Of a stretch of 64,000 bases of DNA, positions 39,220-52,958 are shown piece after piece (positions within the stretch are counted from its first letter, which is position 1; each line of letters starts with the position of its first letter). The notes below the pieces were generated by a model that was given only the letters and a program-made list of their open reading frames with translations, made no database searches and was not told the origin of the DNA. Position numbers and translations under genes: made by a program. The stretch comes from Octopus sinensis (lineage: Eukaryota), in the NCBI RefSeq assembly GCF_006345805.1, contig NC_043011.1, positions 16,752,464 to 16,816,463 on the forward strand, read 5' to 3'.

Positions 39220-39452
39220 CTATTTCTTTATTACCCACAAGGGGCTAAACATAGAGGGGACAAACAAGGACAGACATAGGTATTAAGTCGATTACATCGA
39301 CTTCAGTGCGTAACTGGTAATTAATTTATCGACCCCGAAAGGATGAAAGGCAAAGTCGACCTCGGCGGAATTTGAACTCAGAACGTAACGACAGACGAAA
39401 TACCGCTAAGCATTTCGCCCGGTGAGCTAATGATTCTGCCAGCTTGCCGCCT
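39220..39452 (-). mobile_element. SINE family B, full length
   Basis: TATCGACCCCGAAAGGATGAAAGGCAAAGTCGACCTCGGCGGAATTTGAACTC...CTGCCAGCTTGCCGCC. Confidence 0.85.
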
Positions 39453-39630
39453 TCTCTTTCAGAGATACCACCCTGCTCTTGCAAGTAAGAATCCCCATCC
39501 TCCTCAGTTTTCTATTTCTTCATCATATACGAAAGGTTATATGAGTTGGCTGCGGCCCTGCTTTTATTTAGGTTGAGAACATCTAGGAAAACACAACAGA
39601 AAATATCCGTTCGTTTCTCAACAAAAAAAC

Positions 39631-39980
39631 AGGCGCAGTAGTGGCTGTATGGTAAGTAGCTGGCTTACCAACCACATGGTTTCGGGTTCAGTCCCACTGC
39701 GTGGCACTTTGAGCAAGTGTCTTCTACTATAGCCTCGGGCCGACCAAAGCCTTGTGAGTGGATTTGGTAGACGGAAACTGAAAAAAGCCTGTCGTGTATA
39801 TGTATATATATGTGTGTGTGTGTTTGTGTGTCTGTGTTTGTCCTCCCAACATCGCTTGACAACCGATGCTGGTGTGTTCATGTACCCGTAATCTAGCGGT
39901 TCGGCAAAAGAGACCGATAGAATAAGTACTATGGCCGCAGTCAAATGACTGAAACAAGTAATAGAGTAAAGAGTAAAGAG
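39631..39980 (+). mobile_element. SINE family A with an internal deletion in the tail
   Basis: Full head; GAATAAGTACT is joined directly to ATGGCCGCAGTCAAATGACTGAAAC. Confidence 0.85.
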
Positions 39981-40759
39981 TTTAAAATTATGAAAATGAG
40001 TGCTGGCAGGACAGCAACGGACGGGTAAAGTATATATGGTTGGAAATCAGACTATGGAAACAAGCACCAATTTTCCGGTGGCTTTCGATTGGCTAAAGCA
40101 GACTATACTTTGGCTTTTTACTACAGAGACTGGCACCAATATGTCTGTGACTTTCGTTTGGTTAAAATTATCCAAAATTTGCAATCTTTAAAAGCTATTA
40201 ACATTTTATTTATTAATTCATGGCGAAAATGAATAATTAGCACAGAAACTACATCAATACACCAAATTTGAAGTCGACTGGAACAAAACCGAGAGAAATG
40301 AAAAATAAGAGCCAAACAGAAAAAAATCCAAGTATTGTTTCCAATTAGACTGATTTAAGGAGGCAACTGATGGAAATCTCCCAGAAACGGCCAATCTGAA
40401 TGGTGTCGTCTTCCTTCAGAAGAAATTGGTACGGGTTGGTTAGGATGTCCTATCACACCCATCGTATTCTCCTTTGGATTAGCATTTATTTCGACCCGAG
40501 AAATTCTTTTAGCGGGAAAACTTAAATTTTTTTTCAAACCAGTAAAATCCACTTCGACCAGTTCGTGACCCAAAAAGGTGCCAAGGTTTTGGCAGATGGA
40601 ATCATGCAACAGCCTCCAAGATGCCGAATGATTGTGCAACGAAACAGGATGTGTCTGGGTTATTAAAGTTATTTTCCAATATCTAAATACTTTTTGAATT
40701 TTACTTAAAAGGTAGAATGAACTTATGTTCCAACTCAATATATATGTATACATTCAAAA

Positions 40760-40965
40760 TGTGACCGCGTGTGTACCGTTGGCGATTTTTTTCCTTTGTC
40801 TTCCCTTCTTTGGATCTTTCCTTTTCCTATGTTTCCGACGAAGAGCTCCGCTCGAAACGTTATTCCCTCCTTCTTTCCTTCTTTCCTGAGCGTCCAATAA
40901 TACTATATTTGTTCCACGTCTTCGCGTTGTTGTGTTTTTTGTGCTTTCTTGTTTGGATTAACTTT
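40760..40965 (+). mobile_element. Solo PLE 3' terminal repeat with minimal hammerhead motif
   Basis: CCGACGAAGAGCTCCGCTCGAAACGTT at ~40835-40861, same core as 8030; TTCCTGAGCG and GTTTGGATTAA landmarks shared. Confidence 0.7.
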
Positions 40966-40967
40966 AT

Positions 40968-41013
<46 letters not shown>

Positions 41014-41608
41014 TGTGTGTGTGTGTGTGTGTTTGTTTGTTTTCGTTTGGTTTCCTTGTATGTCTCCACTGTTCTGCTTATTTCCCTAATTTTGACCCCT
41101 CATTAATCCCAAATTTTATTTTGGTATGTATGGGAGCAACTGTCTTCGAAGACTCATATTGCCGTTCAGTGCTTGAAATGATGAGTAGAGAGCCGACAAC
41201 TGATGAAGGGTCGTTCTTTATGTTACTTGACCTGTTTTCCATTTGTTTCTCTCGTTGTTTGCGTATTGAACTCACTTGTATTCGTATTTCATGTTGTTTA
41301 CTTTTCGTAATGTCCTGTACCCATTTATGCGTATATATATATATATATTTATATATGTGTGTGTGTGCGTGCGTGTACATATAAATATATTTACAAATAT
41401 GTCTACATGTATATCTATGTATATATTTACACACACATACATATTTATATACCAACATTAGTGTATGGATGCATACACATCCACATGTATGTGTATGTGT
41501 GTAGGTGTGCGACATGTCTGTATCATATTCAGATGAAATATATATGTGTTTGTATTTATTGCTTGTTTGTATTCATCACTATGTAGATATGTGTGTGGTG
41601 TGTGCATG

Positions 41609-41660
<52 letters not shown>

Positions 41661-41904
41661 ATATATATGTATGTATATATATATATATACACACACTACA
41701 TCCATACAAATGTATGCTATCAAACCCTGTCTCATTATTGCCCCTAGCTGCGTGATTGAGTGTGATTGAGTGAGGTCACCTGAAGAAGAGTGTAAATGTA
41801 AATATTATTCAGGAGAAAGCAGGCTATTCTCTGTAAACTTATAAATACACTTCCGCCATTCCTACTCCCACATCGTGTCTACACATTTTAATTTGTACAT
41901 TGTT

Positions 41905-41917
41905 TGATGACGATACC

Positions 41918-41966
<49 letters not shown>

Positions 41967-42255
41967 ATGATGATGGTGATGGTGATGGTGATGGTGATGG
42001 TGATGATGGTGATGACGACGACGATGACGATGATGATGATGATGATGATGATGATGACGATGATGACGATGATGACGATGATGACGATGATGATGATGAC
42101 GATGACGATGATGACGATGACGACGATGATGATGATGACGATGACGATGATGACGATGACGACGATGATGACGACGATGATGATGATGACGACGACGATG
42201 ACGATGACGATGATGATGATGATGATGGTGATGGTTACGATAGCAACAACAACAG
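41905..42255. repeat. (GAT/GAC/GGT)n trinucleotide microsatellite
   Basis: Directly visible; produces poly-Asp, poly-Met and poly-Ile pseudo-ORFs. Confidence 0.95.
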
Positions 42256-42825
42256 AAAATAAATGAATGCCTACGTAAATAAATAGTGTCTTTAATAAAT
42301 TATCAATTGGAAACTTCGTCGATATTAAAGAGAGATCGGTGAACAGAGCAGCGGAGTGTGACAAAAATAGTTTCTTACACTACACCAGTTAATGGTAGAA
42401 TACAGAAGAGAATGATAATAGCAATCCGTGCGTCTGTTTAATAATTGACTAATTGGATGGATTGTTCTTAGATACAGCAATAATTGAAAATATTATTAAA
42501 CACTGAAACACTGGACGCCATCGCTGGGCGTTGTTGCTGACGATTAGACTGGACCGAACTTTGATGGAGCAAACTTAACATCAAAACCGCTTCAACCACG
42601 AGCATCTCATCATTTTCATCAAAAGACGCATCTTCAGTTAGCTTATCTAACGTCCTGGTACGGTGTCTGAACGGGTGCTATGCCCCGCCAAAGGACAACT
42701 CGTAACTATGCGACTGCGGCATGGCCGACTGTGAAGAGGTAGTTAAAGAGCTCAAATGATGGTGCTTCTTACATTGATCCTGAGCGGAGGAATCCTAGAA
42801 GATCAGCGGTTAGTATCACCAAACT

Positions 42826-43332
42826 GGATCTTTTAGGTTTGAACGGCAGTTTTTAACATAATTTCTAGGTAACTAAACAATTTTAAACTTCATACTAGCA
42901 GCATAGCCCGGCATTGCCCGGGTATGTATGAGCCCCTAGTAGGCAACGACTGATCCCAATCTAGTTCTTTCCCTCTAGGGAACGAAGGCGCATGTGTAGG
43001 TTGCAATGTCTTCTCTTCACTCCCAAATAACTATCAAACAGCTATCGATAATTCAACTCAACCAATTCCTACCAGGAAGAAATTACATTCGAGACTTTAC
43101 CCCCAACACCGCCACTTCTGCTAAGCTGCTGCAGCCGCAAGTTATTCGAATACTTTTTTTATTTAAACGTTCTTTGGGTTTATTTACATTTGAGAAGAAA
43201 AAAGATACCCTTCCCCGACCCCTAGCCCTAAAAGAGATTGAAATGCAATAGATCGATTCTAGGGTCATAATTATGGGTGACAATTTCATATGACACCGCT
43301 AGAAAAAACTGCCGTTCAAACCGAAAAGATTT
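42826..43332. mobile_element. MITE family M copy 3, with an internal Helitron 3' fragment (42895-~43160, minus strand)
   Basis: Both TIRs; exact 8-bp TSD ACCAAACT; insert begins CTAGCAGCATAGCCCGGCATTGCCCGG. Confidence 0.8.
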
Positions 43333-43375
43333 ACCAAACTCTATCAAGAAAGTAACTGCAGCGCATCCTTAGGGA

Positions 43376-43541
43376 TAGGGCCGACCCTAGGGTTGCTGGC
43401 ACCCCGAGCAAGCTGATATTCGGCGTGAACAAGCTGACGGTCGGGGAAATTTCCTTGTCTTTGTCTCGCCCTCCTTGGTACCCCCGAACATATGGCGCCC
43501 CGGGCGACTGCCTGAGTTGCCGATATCTTGCGCCAGCCCTG
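43376..43541. mobile_element. Small GC-rich hAT-type MITE
   Basis: Ends TAGGGCCGAC...GCCAGCCCTG; 8-bp TSD CTTAGGGA/CTTAGGGG. Confidence 0.65.
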
Positions 43542-44461
43542 CTTAGGGGTAGCGTCCATGATTGTGCAATCAGCTAATGAAAGATTCATTATGACTCAGT
43601 CTCCCAGTTCAAGTTCAAAAATATGGAACTGGATGGCGACTGAGAATCACGGGAAACCGCGAAAGCAGCTTCAATGCAATCTAATGTACTGTTCTTCCTG
43701 TTTTAAGACGATAGTAGCTGGCTAGAGGGTGTTATAGCTACTATTTCAGAAAGTTCGAGTGAAGACGAAGGCTTATTCGATGTATAAAGAAAGAGGTGTA
43801 GTGAAAAAGACGGGAAGAACTAGGTAAATAAGCAAACAGATAAAGGAGTAAATATAATAGATGTATAAAACATATATATATATATAAATACAAAATGGGA
43901 CAAGAACGTAAAACATTCAAATAGATGATAGAGGCAGATATGTAAAAAGAAAGAGCGAGCGAGCAAGGAAGAGAGAGAGAGAGAGACAGAGAGACAGAGA
44001 CAGACAGACAGACAGAAAGAGAGAGAGAGAAACTACGTAGAGAGATAAGATGTTATTATGACGTAACAGATATATAACTATGGCAACACAGTACACAACA
44101 TTATAGGAAGTGACAGACTACTTTAAAATCAACATTAATTCATCAAAATCTTTGGCTGTCTCGCTATCGCTGTCAATAGTATTCATGAGGATCTAGATTT
44201 CATATTTTTGTAATATAATTAATTGAAAGATTCAGCGATGGAATCACTTCGTGAAAGTACAGGTAGCTAAAAGTAACATCCAAGAACTCACTCAAATCAT
44301 ACACTTCAATTATTGGAAGGGACATTCAGGAGTATATGAGTACTATATGAATAACTATGTAGTAAAATGAAGATGATATTGGCTTGACTGGATCTTTTTC
44401 GGTGATGGTCTGCTTATTTTACTGAATGTATTTAAAATTAGTGGTTCTCAGCCATTTTTAA

Positions 44462-44889
44462 GGATTTTTTCGGTTTGAACGGCAGTTTTTTTTCAAGTTA
44501 TTTCCACGTAATTAAAAAATTTTAAACTTCGTATACTGGTCGAATGTGTTTATAAAACACCTTTTTCTCTTGGCTTTATTGAGAAAATTCTATAGTTTGT
44601 GAGATATTGGTCGTTTTTTTACCTTCAATTTCTGCAATTTCAACCAATCAATGACGTCTATTGAGGTGAAAACATTCTGTGCCGTATGAATATGTCCCTC
44701 GTTTAAGAAACAGATTGGGTTCAATTACATTTCTGAAGAAAAAAAGACACCCTTCCCTCCACCCCTAACCCTAAAACTAACCCTAACTAACCCTAACCCT
44801 AAAATAGATTGAAATGCAATAGATCGATACTAGGGTCATAATTATGGGTGACAATTTCATATGACACCGCTAGAAAAAAACTGCCGTTC
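44462..44889. mobile_element. MITE family M copy 4 (right TIR clipped)
   Basis: Aligns with the other copies. Confidence 0.85.
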
Positions 44890-45107
44890 TGAATCTCGAA
44901 TGAATATCTGGCATTTTCTCGTAATTTTTCTATGGCGCGTTCTAACAGCCAGTCATGATTGCTTAAGTGAAATAATGTTCTGTTGTAACACTTGTGAAGT
45001 AAAGCACATAAAGTGGATTTCGTTTAATACAGAGAAGAGAACAGGAAAGTTGTTAGTTTATATATGGACCTATACGGGTTTCTTTGATGAAAATAAGCGA
45101 AGGAAAT

Positions 45108-45154
<47 letters not shown>

Positions 45155-45289
45155 TATATATATCATAGTAAAATCACAGTAAAAACTTGCTTGTGTCCTA
45201 AATTAATTAAGCGTATCAATTTTCTGAATAGAGAAAATGAAATTATATAAATATATACATAGCTCAATTATCTCTACTCAGATAATTGA

Positions 45290-45326
<37 letters not shown>

Positions 45327-45515
45327 GATAAGAAATACATACATACATACATATACACATACATACACACATATATACATACATATACACATACATATAC
45401 ACATACATACAAACATATACATACATATACACATACATACATACAAACATACATACATACATACATACATACATACATACATACATACATACATACATAC
45501 ATACATACATACATA

Positions 45516-46092
45516 ATATGTGAACATAATAGATCTGACATAATAATTTGGAATAAGGGAGAGAAACTGTGTACAGCTGTAGAAATCAGCTGCCCAACAG
45601 ATATTAACATAAAACTAAAGATCAACGGAAAAATAAATACCTACACTGAACTAATGAGTAATCTGCTACTACTCTATCCAGATTATAAGTCCAAGTTTAT
45701 ACCTGTAATTATTGGGACACTGGGGTATGTAACACACTGCCTAAATACCGATTTTAAGAAACTAGGCTTATCAAAACCAGACAGGAAGAAGCTTGATTCG
45801 GTGATGCAAGCCATCACTGAAGCAGTAAAAATCGATGAAATTTTCCAGTTTATCATTTAAGTATATTTGAGCATGTCTAGATATGAAACTGTATGCATCA
45901 GAATACATACATAAAACAAAACATACGAATCTCCACGTATACATACATACATACATACATACATACATACATGCAATCAAAAATACCCTGTTGATGTTGA
46001 TGAAATTCCAATGAAGGAGCCTTGGGTCTAGGCTAGAAACCGGCTCTTTTTCTATTGGCACGAAATATTGAAATAAAACTGAATAATGACTG
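45516..46092 (+). mobile_element. 3' end of an RLE-type (R4/Dong/NeSL-like) non-LTR retrotransposon in (CATA)n
   Basis: HNRSDIIIWNKGEKLCTAVEISCP...KINTYTEL...FIPVIIGTLG matches a PD-(D/E)xK restriction-like endonuclease; flanked by CATA repeats. Confidence 0.8.
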
Positions 46093-46369
46093 ACATACAA
46101 TCTGTTACATATTTCCCCGATAACGATTGATTTCAATCCCACATTCGACCACATGTGAGTTACGAGTTCATCATGAGTTTCAGCCAATGAGAACTTTTTG
46201 TTTACGTGATACTTCCTATCAACGAAAACCTTAAATATAGCGTTATCAGCGCGAAAGAAGCAGAGTGAATTCAGACCGCGTTGAGTCCGTCTTGGGTGAA
46301 TTTCTCACTAATAGCTATTTTCACAACTTCATACTTAACTCAACATCATTCACCTAATCGCTGTTTTTA

Positions 46370-46935
46370 TTGGGTTGTGCGGAAAGTTCGTGCCGATTTT
46401 TAAACGAAAGAAAAAGGTCAATAAATACTTGCCATTACATTTTTAATCAACCAAATATGAACCATTTTCTTGTACAATGCATCTTCATCTTTTCTTTAAC
46501 TTGAAAATACCCTCTTCCCAGAATGGAGGTGGTTTCATGGCAAAGAGTTCATCAATGTATCTTTTTACGTCATCTAAGGAATTGAAATTTTTACCATAAA
46601 GACTATTCTGCAGAGACCTGAATAAGTGGAAATCCGAAGGAGCAATATCTGGTAAATATGGAGTACAGGGTAACACATCCCAGCCGAGCTGCAGCAGTTT
46701 TTGTCTGGTTCCCAAAGCATCAAGTGCCGAAAATGAACTTTCTTATCTCCCATTTTAAAGGGTTACAGAAGTAACACAGGTTATAGGAACATAAATCTTC
46801 TTCCACGAAAAGATAGCTTAATCTGTATTCTAAATGGTGGTGTAGTCAAATCCTATTTTATGGACTCAACCATGTTCTAAAATAAGTCGAAAGTTAAGCT
46901 ACTTTAAATCGGCACGAACTTTCCGGACAACCCAA
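46370..46935 (-). mobile_element. Internally deleted mariner (566 bp), same family as 58920-60200
   Basis: TIRs TTGGGTTGT(G/C)CGGAAAGTTCGTGCCGATTT with TA flanks; LGWDVLPCTPYLPDIAPSDFHLF. Confidence 0.9.
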
Positions 46936-47188
46936 TACATCGCTGTACTCAACCCGGAGATGGATGAAGAATCAACAAGGCCACATGAATATGCATCGAT
47001 GTGAAAAATTAGCCTAATTATCGAATTTCTGCAGAAGATCTCCAGCACCTTTAAAATACGATGTTGATATAGGATTGACTCTGCTTGTATTGCATGAATG
47101 TCTTGTAATAACGTAGCAATAAAAGATGTATGTAAACTGACAAGTCATTCATCATAACCACGCTACACCACTATATAAATAAGGTTTT

Positions 47189-47619
47189 GGATCTTTTCGG
47201 TTTGAACGGCAGTTTTTTCTAGCGGTGTCATATGAAATTGTCACTCGTAATTATGACCCTAGTATCGATCTATTGCATTTCAGTCTATTTTAGGGTTAGG
47301 GTTAGTTAGATTTAGGGGTGGGGGAAAGGGTATCTTTTTTTCTTCACAAATGTAAATAAACCCAATCTATTTCTTAAACGAGGGACATATTCATACGGCA
47401 CAGAACATTTTCACCTCAATAGACGTCATTGATTGGTTGAAATTGCAGAAATTGAAGAAGAAAAAAAACAACAAATATCTTACAAACTATAGAATTTTCT
47501 CAATAAAGCCAAGAGAAAAAGGTGTTTTATAAACACATTCTACCAGTATACGAAGTTTAAAAGTGTTTAGTTACGTGGAAATTATTTTTTAAAAACTGCC
47601 ATTCAAGCCGAAACGACCT
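47189..47619. mobile_element. MITE family M copy 5
   Basis: Left TIR intact, right TIR degenerate. Confidence 0.85.
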
Positions 47620-47949
47620 TCAGTTTTTTATAATTCTGAAATAAATTTTTAAAACCAGCTGCTAAAACTATGAACATAAATTTCAACACAAAATAGAGTT
47701 TTCCGACCGTCAACATCTGGTCCCTTTACTTCCCTCTCTAAACCTAATCACGAACCCTAAAGCTAGACTAATACAAGCCTCTCGGTCTAAACTTAAACTT
47801 AAAAAACATTTAAATGAGATGTATAATATAGATTGTAATAAACGTCATGAAAAATTGCTTCAGGCGCAGAAGCCAACATGAATTTCATGGCCACCGATTT
47901 GTTTTGAAAATTTTCCGCTCCAGACCGTTATTTCCGGACTTCCCCTTAA

Positions 47950-48660
47950 AAATAGCATTCTGAAATGGAGAAGACTAATTAGCGAGATAACATGAATAAT
48001 AAGAAGTAAAACAAATAACTAGCTAAAGAGAAGTAACCTGGATATAGTGCTAATTGGAGTAGTTCAAATGTTGGGGGTGTGGTTTTACAGATAAGAATGG
48101 AGTAACAAATGGAAAGAAAGCATTAAAGAATTATATAAAATATTGTGGTTGGGTGATTAGTAGTAAGTTAGAAGTAATTAAGTATAAGTATATTCCGATA
48201 TATTCCTTGGGGAAATTGAATATCATTGGAAGGAGATATAGTTAAACAATGAGCTTAAACTAGTGTACACGAAAGTAATGTGTTAAAGTTGGAAGAAATA
48301 GATATGTGGCACAAATGAAAATAAATTGTATTATAGAAGGAAATATACTAATTATTTATGTAACTAATTGGAGTTAGTTAAAAGATAATCAAGTTTAGAA
48401 GAGAGTAGGTTAATTCTATTTTCGAAACGAAGGGCCTTTTTTTTGTACTTTTAATGAATAATGTTGCTAGGAAAATGAAAGTTAAGTGAACTTGGGGAGA
48501 GGATAGTTATTTCTGTTGTGATAGAGAAACGAAGATCTTGCCATAAATATATGTTGATAGCAATAATAGAAGTATATGAATACGGTAAATGAAAGAGATT
48601 GGAGCAAGATCTAAATATAATTAGATAATTCTTACTTGTAAATAAGAATGACTCACGTGT
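47950..48660 (+). mobile_element. Ancient degraded repeat, possibly CR1/L2-type RT; inverted homologue at ~50270-50990
   Basis: Shared blocks such as AAATAACTAG(C/G)TAAAGAGAA, TAATTGGA(G/A)TAGTTC and TTGGGGTGTGGTTTT; faint Y.DD / LEQDL-like echoes near 48550-48620. Confidence 0.4.
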
Positions 48661-50451
48661 GTAGGATCTAATATTATGGTGTGGATATGTTTCCAGGATT
48701 TTCTTAGTAAAAGAAACATCCTTTCACAATTTTTGCTGTGGAGGTTGACTATGCTCTCAGATGTACATAAAAACCAATATAATTTGCAACCTGTGTCGCC
48801 TCATTTTAGGTTGTAAGTTAAACTCAGTTTTTCAGCTTCCTTATGAAATGAGACAAATTTTCAGTAATTCTTATGCTGATTCTAAATGTGATTAGTAAAG
48901 ATCATATTAAAAGATAAGGGGTTAACAGGGATAAATGTATATTTTGAATACTTATTTTCTGTATTGCATTGATATACTATATCACGAACAAAGCATTTAT
49001 ATTCTAGGATATACAAACTAAGGTTAGTTAGAATTTCGAAACATTAAGATTAATATCATTGGTTGAGTTTAGCTTTTACAAACTAGATGAGTGTAAGTTC
49101 TGAGAAAAAATTATTTCATACAATCTATTCCGTGGACGTTAATGATCTAAAGTAGTTTGAAGGTTTAGATTCTGTAGCAAAATCCTAATCAACAGAGTTA
49201 AGATAATCGAAATTTAATAACATTAAAATATTTGCGTATATATTGCAAAATTTCACTTGGTTTCCTTCAAGAAACCAACAAATCTAAATTAACATTTTTA
49301 AAAAGTTGATTTTAGTAATGATGTCTTTCTTGGTAATAGTCAATCTACATATCTTCAGATATGCATGTTTCTTGCGATTTCAAAACTAGTAGACCATCGT
49401 CTCTATATAATCCGACATCACTATTGCGAAACATAATATTGGAGCTATATGGAAAGATAGCCCAAGAAATGACAAATTTCACGAACGTGATAATATTATC
49501 TATCACAGAGTAAGGGGATTAATCGGTAGCATGAAAAGCGAGAGGTATTCTTTTATGCCAAATTCTGGATGTTTAGTGTTAACTTGGTGTGCAGTTAATC
49601 TAATTACCTCGGTTATCCCTCGGGTGTCTTTCCATAAAGGTTAGGTGTGACTTCTTTAATATTGGCTTCAAATTTTGACACAAGACCAGCAAGATTGAAA
49701 GAGGGAGTAAGTCAACTGGTACTTATTTTATCGACCCCGAAAGGCAAAGTCATCCTCAGCGGAAGATTTCTTTAATATTAGCAAGAAATTTCCTAAATAG
49801 ATATTAGGCAATTATTCCACTGTCTTTTCAATTATAGTTTATTAATCTAATGTATGACAACCAAATATTTGTGATTTTTCATGAAAAAATTATATGTTAA
49901 AACTCATCAGTAGTTCTCTAGTTTGTCTTTTATCGGTTGAAAGGATTCCTTTATGTATATATAAAATCCTGAAAACATATCTTCAGCATCAAACTAAATC
50001 CTATATCCATACATAATTCTTGCTGGTAAATTAATTTAATTCTAATTACTCCCCTTAGAAGTCTTATTAATATACCTTAATAATGTTCTTTCTATCTCCA
50101 ATACATCATTTCATTGATTACCTCACTCTTGTACCAGTCTTATTTAGAGAAACACATATTTCTATTTCTTTACTTTCCCCACTGCAATAGAATTTTCTTA
50201 TCCCTAGGTTTACATAGCCGATTTTTAATCAAATAGTTACTTGCCATAAACCAAGTTATCAAAATATAACTAGCCAATACAACTTCATTATCTTTTTTTC
50301 CTACATCAGTAATACGATGCATAAATATTTAGTATATTTCGTTCTTTATAACAAAATTTATTTTCTGTTGTCTCACATATCGCTTCCTTCCACTTTTTGC
50401 ACATTACTTTTATTCATTATACATTAGACAACCCATTTGACCGACTATAAC

Positions 50452-50642
50452 GGCAGAAACGTTAGCATGTCGGGCGAAATGCGTAGCCGTATTTCGTCTG
50501 TCGTTACGTTGTGAGTTCAAATTCCGCCGGGGTCGATGAATAAAGTACCAGTTACATACTGGGGTCGATGTAATCGACTTAATCCCTTTGTCTGTCCTTC
50601 TTTGTCCCCTCTATGTTTAGCCCCTTGTGGGCAATAAAGAAA
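50452..50642 (+). mobile_element. SINE family B (internally deleted)
   Basis: GGCAGAAACGTTAGC...GAGTTCAAATTCCGCCGGGGTCGAT...GCCCCTTGTGGGCAATAAAGAAA. Confidence 0.8.
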
Positions 50643-51414
50643 TATATATATTCTAATAATAATCGATCTTTTGACTGTATATCTGAATCTGATTTAAATA
50701 CATCTAATTAACTAACTGATTGTTTTATTTTTGTCATTATTCTATAATTCTGGCTTTCGTCACAACCATCCTAATCATCCAACCGTTACACCTTATCCAA
50801 TCCTTTAGCTAATATTTTTTTTTAAATGTTATATTAGTTACTTACGTATTTATCTTCAAAACCACACCCCAACGAATCGAACTATTCCAATTAACACAAT
50901 ATCTATTTTAGTTCTCTTTACCTAGTTATTTCTTCTTCTTTTTGCCCTTTATGTTATTAGACTAACAAACCTTTCTCCATTTCCAAATGCAAATAGTTTT
51001 TTTTTTGTTTTTATATATCTTCATAATATACTTCGATTCAATCTTCTCTATGTATATAGAAAAGTCTCATGTGTATTCAAGATATAACTAAACATTTTCC
51101 TGCCTTAACATTAAGTTCGTTTATTTTTACCTAATGAACTTATAAAGGTATGTTAACACCCAAAATACACTCTTCCCTATATTAATTGCAGTTCAAATCA
51201 TGTACTCTAAATTCGATAATTTCTTGTTGCACTATATTCGTCTAAATTTACTTATTCCCTTTTACCATTAGCTATTCCACTAATGTTTGAAAATAACCTA
51301 CTCTAACCTCTTATATATTACACAAGTAATATTTAAAAATAAAAAATCTAAATTGTATGACTTTTCTAAGCTCAAGTACGTATCTTTTTTGACCTATCAT
51401 TTGTCATCTATTTT

Positions 51415-51638
51415 CAACTCTCTTTACTCTTCACTTGTTTCAGTCATTTGACTGCAGCCATGCTGGAGCACCGCCTTTACTCGAGCAAATCGACCCCGGG
51501 ACTTATTCTTTGTAAGCCCAGTACTTATTCTATCGGTCTCTTTTGCCGAACCGCTAAGTGACGGGGACGTAAACACACCAGCATCGGTTGTCAAGCAATG
51601 CTAGGGGGACAAACACAGACACACAAACATATACACAC

Positions 51639-51728
<90 letters not shown>

Positions 51729-51895
51729 TACGACAGGCTTCTTTCAGTTTCCGTCTACCAAATCCACTCACAAGGCATTGGTCGGCCCGGGGCTATAGCA
51801 GAAGACACTTGCCCAAGATGCCGCGCAGTGGGACTGAACCCAGAACCATGTGGTTGGTAAGCAAGCTACTTACCACACAGCCACTCCTGCGCCTA
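51415..51895 (-). mobile_element. SINE family A, full length, young
   Basis: Reverse complement of consensus ending ...CACACAGCCACTCCTGCGCCT. Confidence 0.9.
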
Positions 51896-52533
51896 TGTGT
51901 CCATAATTACACAAAAACACATTCAGTTTCCGACCCTGTCGTTCCAATGAAATTAATATTAGAGATATTATAGACGATGTATTTGCAGAATCAATAGAAA
52001 TTTGGATAAAATATGTTGAGCTTTTAATTACGGCCATTTGCGTTGAGTGTTCCAATCCATCCGATGTCAATTTTGTCTTTCATTCTTTCGTGTCCATTAC
52101 ATTACATTATCAATAACAGTCTTCGATTTCATTGCTCTTTTACTCCTGATCAAGAAATATGTTCTGGCCTTCCGTTTTCTTTGACAATAATTAGTAATTA
52201 GGATTCTACATAAGCATAATAATAAGTGATCTTATTGAATACCGAACACTTGTGTTCACAGAACGGTGAAGGGAGTCAGTATATCATTGTATATTGTTGG
52301 TAATTACTCCAGCTGAAAGCTAATCGAGCAGAACTTTGATCAAAGACGCTAAAGCCGTAACTACACTATTTTGTTTTTTTAATTTTTAGTATGCAACTAG
52401 TAAATCACTAATCAATATCTTTCCTATTTTAATTAAGAAAATAAGGTGTGATTTGAAACAGATTTTACTGTTACGGTCAAGCATAAATAAAAAATTAAGT
52501 AGTTAGTTATATAGAAACGGGGGTAAATAAAGC

Positions 52534-52958
52534 GTATCTTTTCGGTTTGAACGGCAGATTTTTCTAGCGGTGTCATATGAAATTGTCACCCATACTTATG
52601 ACCCTAGTATCGATCTATTGCATTTCAATCTGTTTTAGGGTTAGGGTTAGGGTTTGGGTTGGGGTGGGGGAAAGGTATCTTTTTTCTTCAGGAATGTAAA
52701 TAAACCCAATCTGTTTCTTAAACGAGGGACATATTCATACGGCACAGAATGTTTTCACCTCAATAGACGTCATTGATTGGTTGAAATTGCAGAAATTGAA
52801 GAAAAAACAACAAATATCTTACAAACTATAGAATTTTCTCAATAAAACCAAGAGAAAAAGATGTTTTATAAACACATTCTACCAGTATACGAAGTTTAAA
52901 AGTGTTTAGTTACGTGGAAATTATTTAAAAAAAACTGCTGGTCAAACCGAAAAGATCC
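52534..52958. mobile_element. MITE family M copy 6
   Basis: Both TIRs; exact 8-bp TSD AATAAAGC. Confidence 0.9.

Noticed and set aside
40355-40753. 132-aa minus-strand ORF
   Set aside because: No recognisable motifs; more likely the non-coding end of a TTAA-flanked DNA transposon, which I cannot classify.
41199-41240. CTGATGA box
   Set aside because: No matching stem II or GAAAC downstream.
41778-41855. CTGAAGA followed by an AGTGTA...TACACT stem, hammerhead-like
   Set aside because: The GAAA box, stem III and cleavage triplet are missing.
41888-42364. Poly-Asp ORF resembling an acidic biomineralisation protein
   Set aside because: A pure GAT/GAC trinucleotide tract open in several frames, with no signal peptide or clear splice context.
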